Part shown: piece after piece, positions 9,767 to 19,489 of the stretch
How positions within the stretch are numbered: the stretch's first letter is position 1
How the letters are laid out: each line of letters opens with the position of its first letter
Source: Myxococcota bacterium
GTDB lineage: Bacteria; Myxococcota_A; SURF-8
NCBI GenBank assembly: GCA_963674735.2
Contig: CAXXQS010000002.1
Coordinates: forward strand, 416,001-480,000
DNA length: 64,000 nt
Reading direction: 5' to 3'
Made by a program: the position numbers and the translations under genes
Notes under the pieces: generated by a model
What the model was told of the DNA's origin: nothing
The model's input: the letters and a program-made list of their open reading frames with translations, nothing else
Databases searched by the model: none

Positions 9767-10992
9767 TGCCAACCATCCTCGCCACACTCGGCCATGGCTT
9801 TACGCAATTGGTTGGCGTTTTGAAATAAATCCGCGCGCGTCAGCCCGGCCAAATAGTTTTCCGCTTCGGAAAAGTCGCCGATTTTGAAATGGGCGTAGGC
9901 CATGGCGTAGCGCAGATCTTCATCCTGCAATAAATTCAAGCGAGAGAGACGCGCCGCCATGCCTGCGGCGGTCTCGTAGTGTTCCGCCTGCAATAAAAGT
10001 CCCACTCGCTGGCGGACTTTCGCCTTCTGATCCATCATCTGGGCATTGAGATACAGGGCTCGCTGGAGCTTTCCGGCACGCCGGTACAACTCCGCCGCTT
10101 CGACTACGTAACGAGGCTCCCGGATGGCGGCCCGTTCCATCAAGCGCGCGGCAATAAGTGGAAAGTCATCATCTAGATAGACCCGCGCCAAAGCCAGCAA
10201 CACCCGTCGATCGCCAGGATCGATTAACTGAGCGATTTCCAGGATTTCTTTGGCTTTACCAAGTTGCCCGCTTCGCCGCAAGGCTTCACCCAGAGCCACA
10301 TAATCCTCCACCCCGGCCTCGCTACGTTCCAAATACGCCAACCCTTGCTCTACCGCCTCCCGGTAAAGTTGCAGATCAATCAGGTAGTACACTCGCTGCC
10401 GAGCGAATTCAAACATCTGTGGATACGCCGCTTCACCGTCTGCCAGGGCTTTCCAGGCCTCGGCTCGCCGCTCTAGCCGCCAATTGGCCCGCGCGCGCAG
10501 CATGAAAGAACCGGAGATGGTCGCCGCGACTTCCCCGGCCCGATCGAGGGCATCCAACGCAGCCTGGTCGTTTTTCAACGCCATTTCCGCCTGGGCCAGA
10601 TAGACATACACGAGTTTCCGGCCACCATCGGTCGCGAGAGCTTTGTTAAAAGAGGTTCGCGCTTCCTGCGGCCGTTCGAAGTGCAGATGCAAGATCCCCA
10701 TCAAGCTATGATAGCGGTTTTTATCTGTTTTCTCAGCATCGGGGTCCACGTCGCGCAGCACCGCCTCGGCACGATCGAGGTGGCCGTCCTTGATCAGCAA
10801 CGCCGCCAAGGCAACTAGGTCTACTTCGTCATTCGCCGTTTCTTCCGACCACACAGCGGACGGTAAAAGCAACGCCATCGCGCACCAAAGAAACAGCAAA
10901 AACGTGACTGCAAGAAGCAAACGCCGGATCAACGAACCGAATAGCGGCTCACTTTTCCCCGGTTGTGCGATTTGCGAATTCTGCTCGATCAT
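9757..10992 (-). CDS. Tetratricopeptide-repeat protein of the TonB cluster (TtpD-like)
   Basis: N-terminal hydrophobic segment and repeated TPR-like helices; lies directly after tonB. Confidence 0.75.
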   Translation of the reverse strand: MIEQNSQIAQPGKSEPLFGSLIRRLLLAVTFLLFLWCAMALLLPSAVWSEETANDEVDLVALAALLIKDGHLDRAEAVLRDVDPDAEKTDKNRYHSLMGILHLHFERPQEARTSFNKALATDGGRKLVYVYLAQAEMALKNDQAALDALDRAGEVAATISGSFMLRARANWRLERRAEAWKALADGEAAYPQMFEFARQRVYYLIDLQLYREAVEQGLAYLERSEAGVEDYVALGEALRRSGQLGKAKEILEIAQLIDPGDRRVLLALARVYLDDDFPLIAARLMERAAIREPRYVVEAAELYRRAGKLQRALYLNAQMMDQKAKVRQRVGLLLQAEHYETAAGMAARLSRLNLLQDEDLRYAMAYAHFKIGDFSEAENYLAGLTRADLFQNANQLRKAMAECGEDGWQCR

Positions 10993-11010
10993 GGTCGGTT
11001 TACACCTGTA

Positions 11011-11667
11011 TTACTTAAGCTGAAAGCGGATGGTTTGCCGCGCCCAGACTTTGACATTCTGTTCTTTATAACGAGCCGGTTCGAACTCCCACTGTCGCAG
11101 AGCTTCGGTGGCCGCCTGTTCGAACACGCCCGGCGGCTCACTCTCCAATACACGCAACCGCTCAACCCGCCCATCCCTGCCGATCAGCAAGTTAACGGTC
11201 ACATATCCTTCCACGCCTTTGGACCGCGCCCGGGGTGGATACGTCAGTGTCGCCCGGCTACGCGCCTTCGGACGCTCATCCACCGCATCCTCGGTCATCA
11301 CCATGTCGCTCGCATCGCCCAGCAGCGTATCGGCCACCCCGCCAAGCTTGAAGCTATCCACATCCGGCAACCCGACGTCCAGCCCCGACAAACCAGCCGC
11401 CAGATTCGGCGCAGCCAATCGCGGTGCATGTTTCGGTTTGGCGGGACGTTTGCGCCGCAGAGGTCGCGCACGCGGTTTGGGTTTGGGAGGTGGGGGTCGC
11501 CGCACCACCAGGGAAGTGGACGACGGGCCGTCGGTCTCGCCCGGCTTATCGAGATACTGGTTCATGATGATCACCAGCGCGAACACGGCCCACGCCCCCA
11601 GCAACATAACCAGCAAGGCGAAAAGGCGCGGTCGCCAACGGCGCGGCGGCGGAATGCGAACAGCCAT
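11011..11667 (-). CDS. tonB: Energy transducer TonB
   Basis: N-terminal TM, Pro/Lys-rich linker, YPPRA-x3-GVEGYV, VFEQAA and WEFEPA TonB C-domain motifs. Confidence 0.9.
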   Translation of the reverse strand: MAVRIPPPRRWRPRLFALLVMLLGAWAVFALVIIMNQYLDKPGETDGPSSTSLVVRRPPPPKPKPRARPLRRKRPAKPKHAPRLAAPNLAAGLSGLDVGLPDVDSFKLGGVADTLLGDASDMVMTEDAVDERPKARSRATLTYPPRARSKGVEGYVTVNLLIGRDGRVERLRVLESEPPGVFEQAATEALRQWEFEPARYKEQNVKVWARQTIRFQLK

Positions 11668-11669
11668 AC

Positions 11670-12074
11670 CTACCCTGCCTCGCGTTCCGTGGCCACTCCG
11701 ACATCGGCCGCTCCGGCCAGTCGGCATTGGTCCACCACTTCGATCAACTTTTCGGCCAGTATACGCCGGTCGGTTACCACTAGAATGGTTTTGGACGTGG
11801 ACGCTTTCAGCAAGTCGCGCACGCGGCTTTGCAGCATCCAGGGCCGCACCGGCTGACCGTCCACGAAAATATCGCCGTCCTGCTCGACATAGACGCGTAA
11901 GGCCTTGCTTGAAGCGCGGCTGGCGCTGGCAGCCCCCGGACGCTCCAGATCGAGCTTCATGTCTTTGACGAAGGTCGTCGAAACCATGAAGAAAATCAGC
12001 AAGATGAATACCATATCGATCAGAGGCGAGATGTCGATGCCCTTGAAGCTGTCAGTTTTTTCTCTAAAGCGCAT
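11670..12074 (-). CDS. exbD: Biopolymer transporter ExbD
   Basis: IDISPLIDMVFILLIFFMV motif. Confidence 0.92.
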   Translation of the reverse strand: MRFREKTDSFKGIDISPLIDMVFILLIFFMVSTTFVKDMKLDLERPGAASASRASSKALRVYVEQDGDIFVDGQPVRPWMLQSRVRDLLKASTSKTILVVTDRRILAEKLIEVVDQCRLAGAADVGVATEREAG

Positions 12075-12678
12075 GCTGCGGCTCCGTCAAGTCGGTACAG
12101 AGAATATCTTTGATTTGCGCGAGCTCGCGTTCGAGGCTCCGTTGGCGGCGGTCGAGAATACGGCCCACGACCATGCCCGGCACCGCGACAGCCAAGCCCA
12201 GTTGTGTAGAGAACAGGGCCTGGGAGATACCTCCGGCGATCCCGCCCGACTGGGAAAACAACGACATATCGCCAAGAGAATCGAAGGTTTCGATCATACC
12301 GCTGACCGTCCCCAACAATCCAAGAAGCGGCGCAATCATCACGATGCCGCCCACCACGTTTTCGTAGGCCGATAACCGACCATCAAAAGCGGCGAAGGCT
12401 TCGTCGAGAAAACGCCGGGCATGTTCGGGTTGTTCGCGCACCGCCGCGAGGCCCGTCACCACCGCCTGATCGATAATCCCGCGCGGTTCACGCGTATAGC
12501 CCTGACGGTAGCGTTCCACCAGCACGCGCACACTACGCCGGTTGCCGCGCACCAGCACCGACATGCGATAACCCAGCGCGTACCATAGAAGCAGTGTGGC
12601 GGCCACCAACGGCGGCATCACGTACCCTCCCTGGGCGTAATAAGCCTGCAGATCTCGGATAAACTGCATCAGCATCAC
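12064..12678 (-). CDS. exbB: MotA/TolQ/ExbB proton channel (ExbB)
   Basis: APLLGLLGTVSGMI and GGISQAL...TQLGL motifs. Confidence 0.9.
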   Translation of the reverse strand: MMLMQFIRDLQAYYAQGGYVMPPLVAATLLLWYALGYRMSVLVRGNRRSVRVLVERYRQGYTREPRGIIDQAVVTGLAAVREQPEHARRFLDEAFAAFDGRLSAYENVVGGIVMIAPLLGLLGTVSGMIETFDSLGDMSLFSQSGGIAGGISQALFSTQLGLAVAVPGMVVGRILDRRQRSLERELAQIKDILCTDLTEPQHAL

Positions 12679-14090
12679 ATGGGCTCCGCCAGCGCCGGAC
12701 GTTTGTTGCCCGACTTCCGTCCCGACCGCCCGAACCGACGCGACGCATTGATCACCTGCAAGGCCGCCTGTTCCATACCCGACTTGATGTTCTCGGCCCA
12801 GCCGGAAAGCAGCGTTCCCAGAAGCAACGTCGGAATCGCCACAATCAACCCGAGTTCGGTGGTCACCAGCGCCTCGGATATACCGCCGGATAAAAGCTTG
12901 GGGTCGCCGGTGCCGTATTCGGTAATGATGTCGAAAGTGGAAATCATCCCCGTCACCGTTCCGAGCAAGCCCAACAGCGGAGCCACGGCGGCAAACACCA
13001 GGATGGCCGAGCTGAAACGATCAAGATAGGGGGTTTCGTGCAGAATACTCTCCGACACGATATCCTCCAGGCTTTGGCCATCGCGGTGAAGATTACGAAC
13101 GGTGGCCGCCAGAACGCGTGAAGCGGCACCCGGACGTTCTTTACACAATGCTTCGGCCTCTTCAAGCAACTGCTGTTCGACCAGGACGGCCACACGGCCG
13201 GTAACGTTTTCGGTTTTGGAGCCCGATTTATAGAGAAACAAGGTTCTGCCCACGATCATCAACAGGGCTAGCATCCCCAACCCCACAATCACCCAGGCGA
13301 TCACGCCACCGCTTTGAATCACGGCGATCACCGTGCGACCGGCTTCTTTTTCAACCGATTTATCGAGACTTTCGAATAAGAATATTTTCAATGTGTCGAG
13401 CGGTGTTTTAGCCGCGAATGACTGGGCGATCGGGTAACTGTAAGCATCCCACAGTTTCAGACGCCCTTCACCGGCCGGAGCCAACGCGCCTCCCCCGGCT
13501 TCACTGATTCCGTAAGCCGCAATATTTCCCAGCCGAAAAATCGTTCCCCGGGTCTTGCTGCCATCCTCCAAAAAGAAATCACCCTGTGCACGACGAATAC
13601 TTCCGGACTCGCCGAGCCGCTGCAAGGCCTGATCGTAAATCCACTCATGCGGCAAAGCGTCGCTTCCCTCTTCCGGCGGCTGAATGCGCGATTCGGGAAC
13701 CTCGATTCCATTATTGCGCAAAGTGGTGACCGCCTGCAGCAAAGTGGCCTGCAGCAGATCGCGATTTTCCTGAACGCTACCGGCGCTGAACTCGGTTTCA
13801 CCCAGCGTTTCCGACAAGCGGTCGCCTTCGGCGATCAAGCGCAACAAGCGTCCTTGCAGGCTATCCAATTCATTTTGGGCTTGCTCGCGTTTACGCGCTT
13901 TTTCGACTTGAAGCGTCTGCAAACGCGATTCGAGCGCCTTCTTTTCATTCTGCAAATAGCTAAACTCTTTTTTGTAGGCTCGCACCAATTCCGGATCGGT
14001 CGAAGCGGCGGCTTGCAGCCCCGTTACTCCCGGAATCAACCAGACAAGAACACCCGCCAGATACAAAACAAGGAAATTCACGCGTTTCAT
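12675..14090 (-). CDS. Large ExbB-domain protein with periplasmic coiled coil (TtpC-like)
   Basis: Signal peptide, long coiled coil, C-terminal APLLGLLGTVTGMI / GGISEALVTTELGL domain. Confidence 0.85.
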   Translation of the reverse strand: MKRVNFLVLYLAGVLVWLIPGVTGLQAAASTDPELVRAYKKEFSYLQNEKKALESRLQTLQVEKARKREQAQNELDSLQGRLLRLIAEGDRLSETLGETEFSAGSVQENRDLLQATLLQAVTTLRNNGIEVPESRIQPPEEGSDALPHEWIYDQALQRLGESGSIRRAQGDFFLEDGSKTRGTIFRLGNIAAYGISEAGGGALAPAGEGRLKLWDAYSYPIAQSFAAKTPLDTLKIFLFESLDKSVEKEAGRTVIAVIQSGGVIAWVIVGLGMLALLMIVGRTLFLYKSGSKTENVTGRVAVLVEQQLLEEAEALCKERPGAASRVLAATVRNLHRDGQSLEDIVSESILHETPYLDRFSSAILVFAAVAPLLGLLGTVTGMISTFDIITEYGTGDPKLLSGGISEALVTTELGLIVAIPTLLLGTLLSGWAENIKSGMEQAALQVINASRRFGRSGRKSGNKRPALAEPM

Positions 14091-14875
14091 GGGGCCACCT
14101 CCTCACGCGGCAAGGCGTTAGGCAGAGTGAAATAGCCCACGCGAATCTGTTTCTTGAACGCATCGAACAAGAGACCGATCTGCTCGCGCGCCTCCGGATC
14201 CTCGATAGCTTGATACACCCAACCCTCCGACGTCCGGCCGACATGGCCGACTCGGCCCTCCTCGGTGCGGAAAAACATCATGACCATGCCGATACGGGCC
14301 ACATCCGCCAGGATTTCCTCACCCTCCAAAACAATCACCTGTCGATACAACCCATTCTCACGCGTCAAGCGGAATTCGTCTTCGATAAAGGTCCACAACC
14401 GCGCCAACACTTTTTGTGGAACGGAAACACCGGCGGAAAGCGAGTCGGACAGACCCTGCAATTCCTTTAAACGTTCATGCTTGCGAAACGGCAGCGCCTG
14501 CCCGATGTAGCGCTCCAACGACCCGATCAAGCGTTTCACCACCGGCACGATGACCTGACCTCGCTCCTGCGCCTCCTCGATGATTTTTTTCTGGCGGGTC
14601 ATGGACTGACGCAGCTGTTCGAGGCGCAGACTTTCTTTCTGGATCTGCACATCGAGATCGGTTTTTTGCACGGCCATGGCTCGCAACCGATCCCGGAGTT
14701 CAGCCTTTTCCATTTCCACGTCCGCCGATAACGTCTCAACCTCAGAGCGCAGCTTCACCAGTTCGGCGGCCAGGTTCGCCAGTTCATCCGCCCATAACGG
14801 CCGACCAACCGACATAAACACCAACACCACGAACGCAAGAGTTGGAAGCTGACACGCAACTCGCATAATTCGCAC
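14087..14875 (-). CDS. DUF3450-like coiled-coil periplasmic protein (TtpB-like)
   Basis: Signal peptide, coiled coil, LPFRxxER and ARIGMV motifs; position upstream of the ttpC-like gene. Confidence 0.75.
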   Translation of the reverse strand: MRIMRVACQLPTLAFVVLVFMSVGRPLWADELANLAAELVKLRSEVETLSADVEMEKAELRDRLRAMAVQKTDLDVQIQKESLRLEQLRQSMTRQKKIIEEAQERGQVIVPVVKRLIGSLERYIGQALPFRKHERLKELQGLSDSLSAGVSVPQKVLARLWTFIEDEFRLTRENGLYRQVIVLEGEEILADVARIGMVMMFFRTEEGRVGHVGRTSEGWVYQAIEDPEAREQIGLLFDAFKKQIRVGYFTLPNALPREEVAP

Positions 14876-14954
14876 GAGTATCTCTCCTTAACTACGCATT
14901 CCGACGACATGAAACAAGCCGTGTTATCGGATTGAAATAGGGACGATGACACGA

Positions 14955-16355
14955 TCAGTTGGCAACGTGGGTGGTCCAGCCGGTCGTCCAGTCGCTATCG
15001 CCGATGGCGCCGATAAAATCCACCGAATCAAAGAAGCCATTGCTCGGAGCGGAACCCGCACCCAACGCTGGGGAACCGGAGGCCGGAGCAAAATCGGGGG
15101 AACTCTGGTTGGCCGGATCGTTCAGCATGGGGTCGACTTCCTGATTGCCGTCCTGATCGGAAAACCAATCTTCCACACTCCATAGGTCCGTAATCGCCTG
15201 TTCGTCTTCGTCTTCTTCGTCATCCATTTTGAAATTAGTGGCACAGCTCACGATACTGTTGACGAGGGTCAACTCACCGCTCCAGGAATCACCGTCTCCG
15301 GCATTGCTGAAAGTCTCTTCGTTGTCCACGTCCAAACACGCTTCGTTGAAACCCATCACGATGGTGTTGGCAATGTTGGCGCCGGTGCCTTCACGCAACA
15401 AGATGCCGATATCGGACTTTTCGGAATCTTTCGCGCCGACAATGGTGAAGTTGGACAGCATCGGTTTGGAACGCGGCAATGCGCCGTTTTGCTCGCCATT
15501 GTTATCGGCTTCGATACCCTGATCGCCTTCATCTTCGGCTTGCTGCAACACCACGAACTGGGCTTTACCTACCCAGCCATCGGTCCAGTCGAAACAATCA
15601 TCAGCCACGCCGGTCACCACGATGTGCTTGGCCTGAGCCGTGCCGCCGAAAAATTCAACACCGTCGTCTTTGTTCATATGCACCTGGACATAATCAATGC
15701 TGGTGCCCGAACCCACGCCTTGGAAGGCAATACCGTTGAGTTCGTTATCGGGGCTGACGATGCGACCCGCGAATTCGACGCGCACATACTTCAGCGTGCC
15801 GCTGTTGTCGCCGGCATCGTCGCCGCCGTACCAACCCGTGCCACCCTCTCCGAAAGATTCGCAGGGTCCGGCCGCGTCAGCCTCTTCGTCGCCGTAACAC
15901 ACATTGACCGGCGCTTTACCGTTGATAATCAACCCACCCCAGTCACCGCGAGCACGGTCGCCAGCGGCCTTGGAAGAGGTGAACACGATCGGAGCCTCCG
16001 CCGTGCCTTCGGCCATGATTTTGGAGTTGCGTCGAACCACCAACATACCCGCGGTAGAAGTTTCGCCGTAAACAGTGGTTCCCGGCTCGATGGTCAAGAT
16101 CGTTTCGTTCTCGTCGTCGCCGATGAAAACACCGCCACGCAGCAACCAGGTTTTATCGGCGGTTAGGGTGAGGCTTTCGGTCAGGGTGCCGGTAAGAATG
16201 CACAGACCTTCGTCGTTGCAATCGGCATTCGCAGGGGTGTCGCCATCGTCGGTTTCATCATCGCCGCCGCAGGCCACCAGGCCCACACCGAGTATGGCAA
16301 CCAGAACCATAAGCAAAAGTAACTGCTTCAAATCTCCGATTGTTTGCGTCATCAT
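14955..16355 (-). CDS. Acidic beta-helix-like surface lipoprotein associated with TonB receptors
   Basis: Lipobox LVAC; [33 protein letters not shown] and DDGVEFFGG motifs of a family commonly encoded next to TonB receptors. Confidence 0.75.
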   Translation of the reverse strand: MMTQTIGDLKQLLLLMVLVAILGVGLVACGGDDETDDGDTPANADCNDEGLCILTGTLTESLTLTADKTWLLRGGVFIGDDENETILTIEPGTTVYGETSTAGMLVVRRNSKIMAEGTAEAPIVFTSSKAAGDRARGDWGGLIINGKAPVNVCYGDEEADAAGPCESFGEGGTGWYGGDDAGDNSGTLKYVRVEFAGRIVSPDNELNGIAFQGVGSGTSIDYVQVHMNKDDGVEFFGGTAQAKHIVVTGVADDCFDWTDGWVGKAQFVVLQQAEDEGDQGIEADNNGEQNGALPRSKPMLSNFTIVGAKDSEKSDIGILLREGTGANIANTIVMGFNEACLDVDNEETFSNAGDGDSWSGELTLVNSIVSCATNFKMDDEEDEDEQAITDLWSVEDWFSDQDGNQEVDPMLNDPANQSSPDFAPASGSPALGAGSAPSNGFFDSVDFIGAIGDSDWTTGWTTHVAN

Positions 16356-16534
16356 GAATTTTCTCTCCTTTGTTTATTTCAATTCGTCAATTTCATCAAT
16401 CATCGGGAATCCCATCCTTCGATATTGCGTATATGACGATACGATTGTTTGGATTCTGCTAGAGACACTTTAGAAAAGCATGAAGGCGGCGGGGAGACAG
16501 GCCATCCCCAGGTGGAAATTGCAGAAATCCACAA

Positions 16535-16552
16535 ATAACACAATAATTACAG
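16535..16552 (-). promoter_or_regulatory. Pho-box-like direct repeat upstream of the TonB operon
   Basis: Minus strand reads CTGTAAT-TATT-GTGTTAT, the 7-4-7 geometry of the PhoB box (CTGTCAT-N4-CTGTCAT), about 180 bp upstream of the first ATG in an AT-rich patch. Confidence 0.4.
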
Positions 16553-16708
16553 TAACTTAAATACATACAGGGAGAGTGTTAGAATTAGATGAGGCATGAG
16601 AGGAAGGACGTCAGGAACGCCTGTAGATTGCCGTCTTGCCTAAGATAGATGTTTTTGAGGGATAATATCAACCGCCCGAAACGGTGGAAACCCGGTTGCT
16701 TGTTGCGG

Positions 16709-17494
16709 TCAGATCAAACGTTCGAGATCGAAACTGCGTAACGCGTTTTCCCCAGTGGCAAGTAAAACCTCTTTCACTGGTATCTCCCGTAAAGAGGCGA
16801 TACGCTCGGCCACAAACCGGGTCATCCACGGTTCGTTGCGTTTGCCGCGATGGGGAACGGGGGTGAGATAGGGGCAATCGGTCTCCAGAAGCAGGTGGCG
16901 CAGGGGCGCTTTGCGTGCGACTTCATGGGTCTCCAGCGCCTTCGGGAAGGTGACCACGCCCCCCAATGCCAGCATCCAGCCCCGGTCGAGCACACGTTTT
17001 GCAAAAGCCCAGTCACCGGAAAAACAATGGAAGACTCCCGGTCCATCAAAGGCATTCTCGGCTTCGAGGACATCGAAAACCTGCTCGTGAGCATCGCGAT
17101 CATGGATAATCAACGGCAACCCGTTTTTGCGAGCCAGTTCAACGTGGCGCGCCAAGGCGGCTTTTTGCTCTTCGGGGGTGGAGTGGTTGTAGTAGAAATC
17201 CAGGCCGGTTTCGCCAACACCCACAACCTTGGGATGCGTTGCGGCGAGATGCTCCAACCGCGCCCACTGATCGTCGTTCATGCGAGAGGCATCGTGGGGA
17301 TGCAAACCAACGGTGAACGCCACGGCTTCGTTGTTTTCGGCAATGCCGCGCGCCGTCTCGTTGCCTTCGAAACCGAAGGCCGCACCGATCTCGATGATGA
17401 AGGCGACCCCTTCCGCCCGACAACGCGCCAACACTTCGCTGCGGTCGTTGTCGAAACGGCGGTCGGACAGATGACTATGGGTGTCGATTAACAT
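16709..17494 (-). CDS. tatD: TatD-family hydrolase
   Basis: DTHSH, GLHPH, GETGLD, HCFSG and LLETDCPY motifs. Confidence 0.93.
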   Translation of the reverse strand: MLIDTHSHLSDRRFDNDRSEVLARCRAEGVAFIIEIGAAFGFEGNETARGIAENNEAVAFTVGLHPHDASRMNDDQWARLEHLAATHPKVVGVGETGLDFYYNHSTPEEQKAALARHVELARKNGLPLIIHDRDAHEQVFDVLEAENAFDGPGVFHCFSGDWAFAKRVLDRGWMLALGGVVTFPKALETHEVARKAPLRHLLLETDCPYLTPVPHRGKRNEPWMTRFVAERIASLREIPVKEVLLATGENALRSFDLERLI

Positions 17495-17502
17495 GGAACG
17501 AC

Positions 17503-19461
17503 CTAACTGACACCCGCACCGGCGGGCAGTTCTCCGTCGATGGTCAGCACCTTCAACACACCGTCGGCCTTGGCCGCCAGCACCATGCCTTCGGATAAGA
17601 TGCCACGTAGTTTGCGAGGTTTGAGATTGACCAATACCACGACCCGTTTTCCGATCAAATCGTCCGGCGTGTAATGTTCGGCTATCCCCGCCACGATGGT
17701 GCGCGGTTCGCCCGTATCAACGACCAGTTTCAGCAGTTTGTCCGTATCGGGCACGCGCTCGGCGCTTTTCACCACACCAACCTTGAAGCTCAGCTTGGTG
17801 AAGTCGGTGAAATCGGCATAAACCACACCATCCGGCGCATGATCGGCCGGTTTCTCTTTCTTGGCAGCTTTTTCCTGCTTTTGGCTTTTCGCCTTTTTAG
17901 CCGGTTTTTCCTTTTGATCCGTAGCCGTCGTCGCCAGTTCGACGCGCGGGAAAAGAGAAGCACCACGCTTGATCGCCGTTCCCGCAGGCAAACGGCCCCA
18001 GTCGCCCAGGCCATCGGCTTTAACGGTTTCCCAGTCGAGACCGAGTTGCGCAATCATCTCTTCGGAACGACCCGGCATCACCGGCCACAGCATCAGTGCA
18101 ATATATCGCAAGGATTCCAGCAGGTTGTACATCACGCCCGCCAGTTCGTCCCGACGCGCCTCATCCTTAGCCATCACCCAGGGTGCCTGTTCATCGATGT
18201 ATTTATTGGCCCGTGTCACGATTTCCCACACCGCCGCCAAGGCGAAGTTGGGTTGAAACTGCTTGAAAGCGTCGTGGTAGTGTGCCTCTGCCTGCCGGAC
18301 CGTCTCGGCCATGGGGTTTTTGTCGTCGGTGGGCTGTGGCACAATCCCGTCCACGTACTTGGCCGTCATCGCCAGGCTGCGAGACAGTAAGTTACCAAGA
18401 TCGTTGGCTAATTCGGCGTTTATCCGTCCCACCATGGCCTGTTCCGAAAAATCGCCGTCGGGACCGAGAGAGATTTCGCGCATCAGATAAAAGCGGAAGG
18501 GGTCGAGTCCGAATTGTTCCATGGTTTTGTTGGGATCGATCCAGTTGCCCAGACTCTTGCTCATTTTCTGACCTTCTATAGTCCAGAAACCGTGAGCGAG
18601 CACATGCTCCGGCATGGGCAATCCGGCCGACATCAAAAACGCAGGCCAGAATATCGCGTGGAAACGCAGAATGTCTTTTCCGATCAGGTGCACGGTAGCC
18701 GGCCAGAATTGTTCGTATTTGGCTGCGTCGCGTCCGAATCCCGCACCGGTTAGATAGTTGGTCAGAGCGTCCACCCAGACATAAATCACATGTTTGGGGT
18801 CGTCCGGAACGGGGAGACCCCAACTAAAGGACGTACGACTGATGGATAGATCCGTCAGACCTTGGGAGACGAAGCTCTTGACTTCGTTCATACGTGTTTT
18901 GGGCAACACAAAATCGGGATGTTGCTCGTAATACTCAAGCAGCGGCTCGGTAAAGCGCGACAAGCGGAAGAAGTAGCTCTGTTCACGGCGTTTTTCAACC
19001 GGACGCTTGCACCAGGGGTTGGGGCAGAGATGGCCATCGAGCAACTGGTTTTCGGTCCAGAAAGTTTCGTCGTGAACGCAGTACCAGTCTTCGTAGTCGC
19101 CCAGGTAGATATCGCCCGCATCCGTCATCCGCTTCCACAGATCCGCCACCACTTCCGCGTGGTCGTCATCGGTGGTGCGAATCATGCGGTCGTTGCTGAT
19201 ATTAAGCTTCTGCCACAAAGTCCGGAAATGCTCGACGACGCCATCGGCGAAGGCCTTCGGCGCTTTGTTGGCTTTTTCGGCCGCGATTTCCACCTTTTGC
19301 CCGTGCTCGTCGGTGCCGGTAAGAAAATAAGTGGGGACGCCGATCAAACGGTGATAGCGCGCCAGCACATCGGCTGCGATCGTGGTATAGGCATGCCCGA
19401 TGTGGGGCACATCGTTGACATAATAGATCGGTGTAGAGACGTAGAACGAATCGCGTTTCAT
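17503..19461 (-). CDS. metG: Methionine--tRNA ligase with C-terminal tRNA-binding domain
   Basis: YYVNDVPHIGH, GTDEHGQK, YVWVDAL, GKDILRFH, KMSKS motifs and Trbp111-like tail. Confidence 0.97.
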   Translation of the reverse strand: MKRDSFYVSTPIYYVNDVPHIGHAYTTIAADVLARYHRLIGVPTYFLTGTDEHGQKVEIAAEKANKAPKAFADGVVEHFRTLWQKLNISNDRMIRTTDDDHAEVVADLWKRMTDAGDIYLGDYEDWYCVHDETFWTENQLLDGHLCPNPWCKRPVEKRREQSYFFRLSRFTEPLLEYYEQHPDFVLPKTRMNEVKSFVSQGLTDLSISRTSFSWGLPVPDDPKHVIYVWVDALTNYLTGAGFGRDAAKYEQFWPATVHLIGKDILRFHAIFWPAFLMSAGLPMPEHVLAHGFWTIEGQKMSKSLGNWIDPNKTMEQFGLDPFRFYLMREISLGPDGDFSEQAMVGRINAELANDLGNLLSRSLAMTAKYVDGIVPQPTDDKNPMAETVRQAEAHYHDAFKQFQPNFALAAVWEIVTRANKYIDEQAPWVMAKDEARRDELAGVMYNLLESLRYIALMLWPVMPGRSEEMIAQLGLDWETVKADGLGDWGRLPAGTAIKRGASLFPRVELATTATDQKEKPAKKAKSQKQEKAAKKEKPADHAPDGVVYADFTDFTKLSFKVGVVKSAERVPDTDKLLKLVVDTGEPRTIVAGIAEHYTPDDLIGKRVVVLVNLKPRKLRGILSEGMVLAAKADGVLKVLTIDGELPAGAGVS

Positions 19462-19489
19462 GGGGTTTTCCTTCAATCAATAGGCCGGA

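Noticed and set aside
16560-16660. DtxR/IdeR operator upstream of the TonB operon
   Set aside because: Only partial TTAG/CTAA words are present; there is no convincing 19-bp palindrome.
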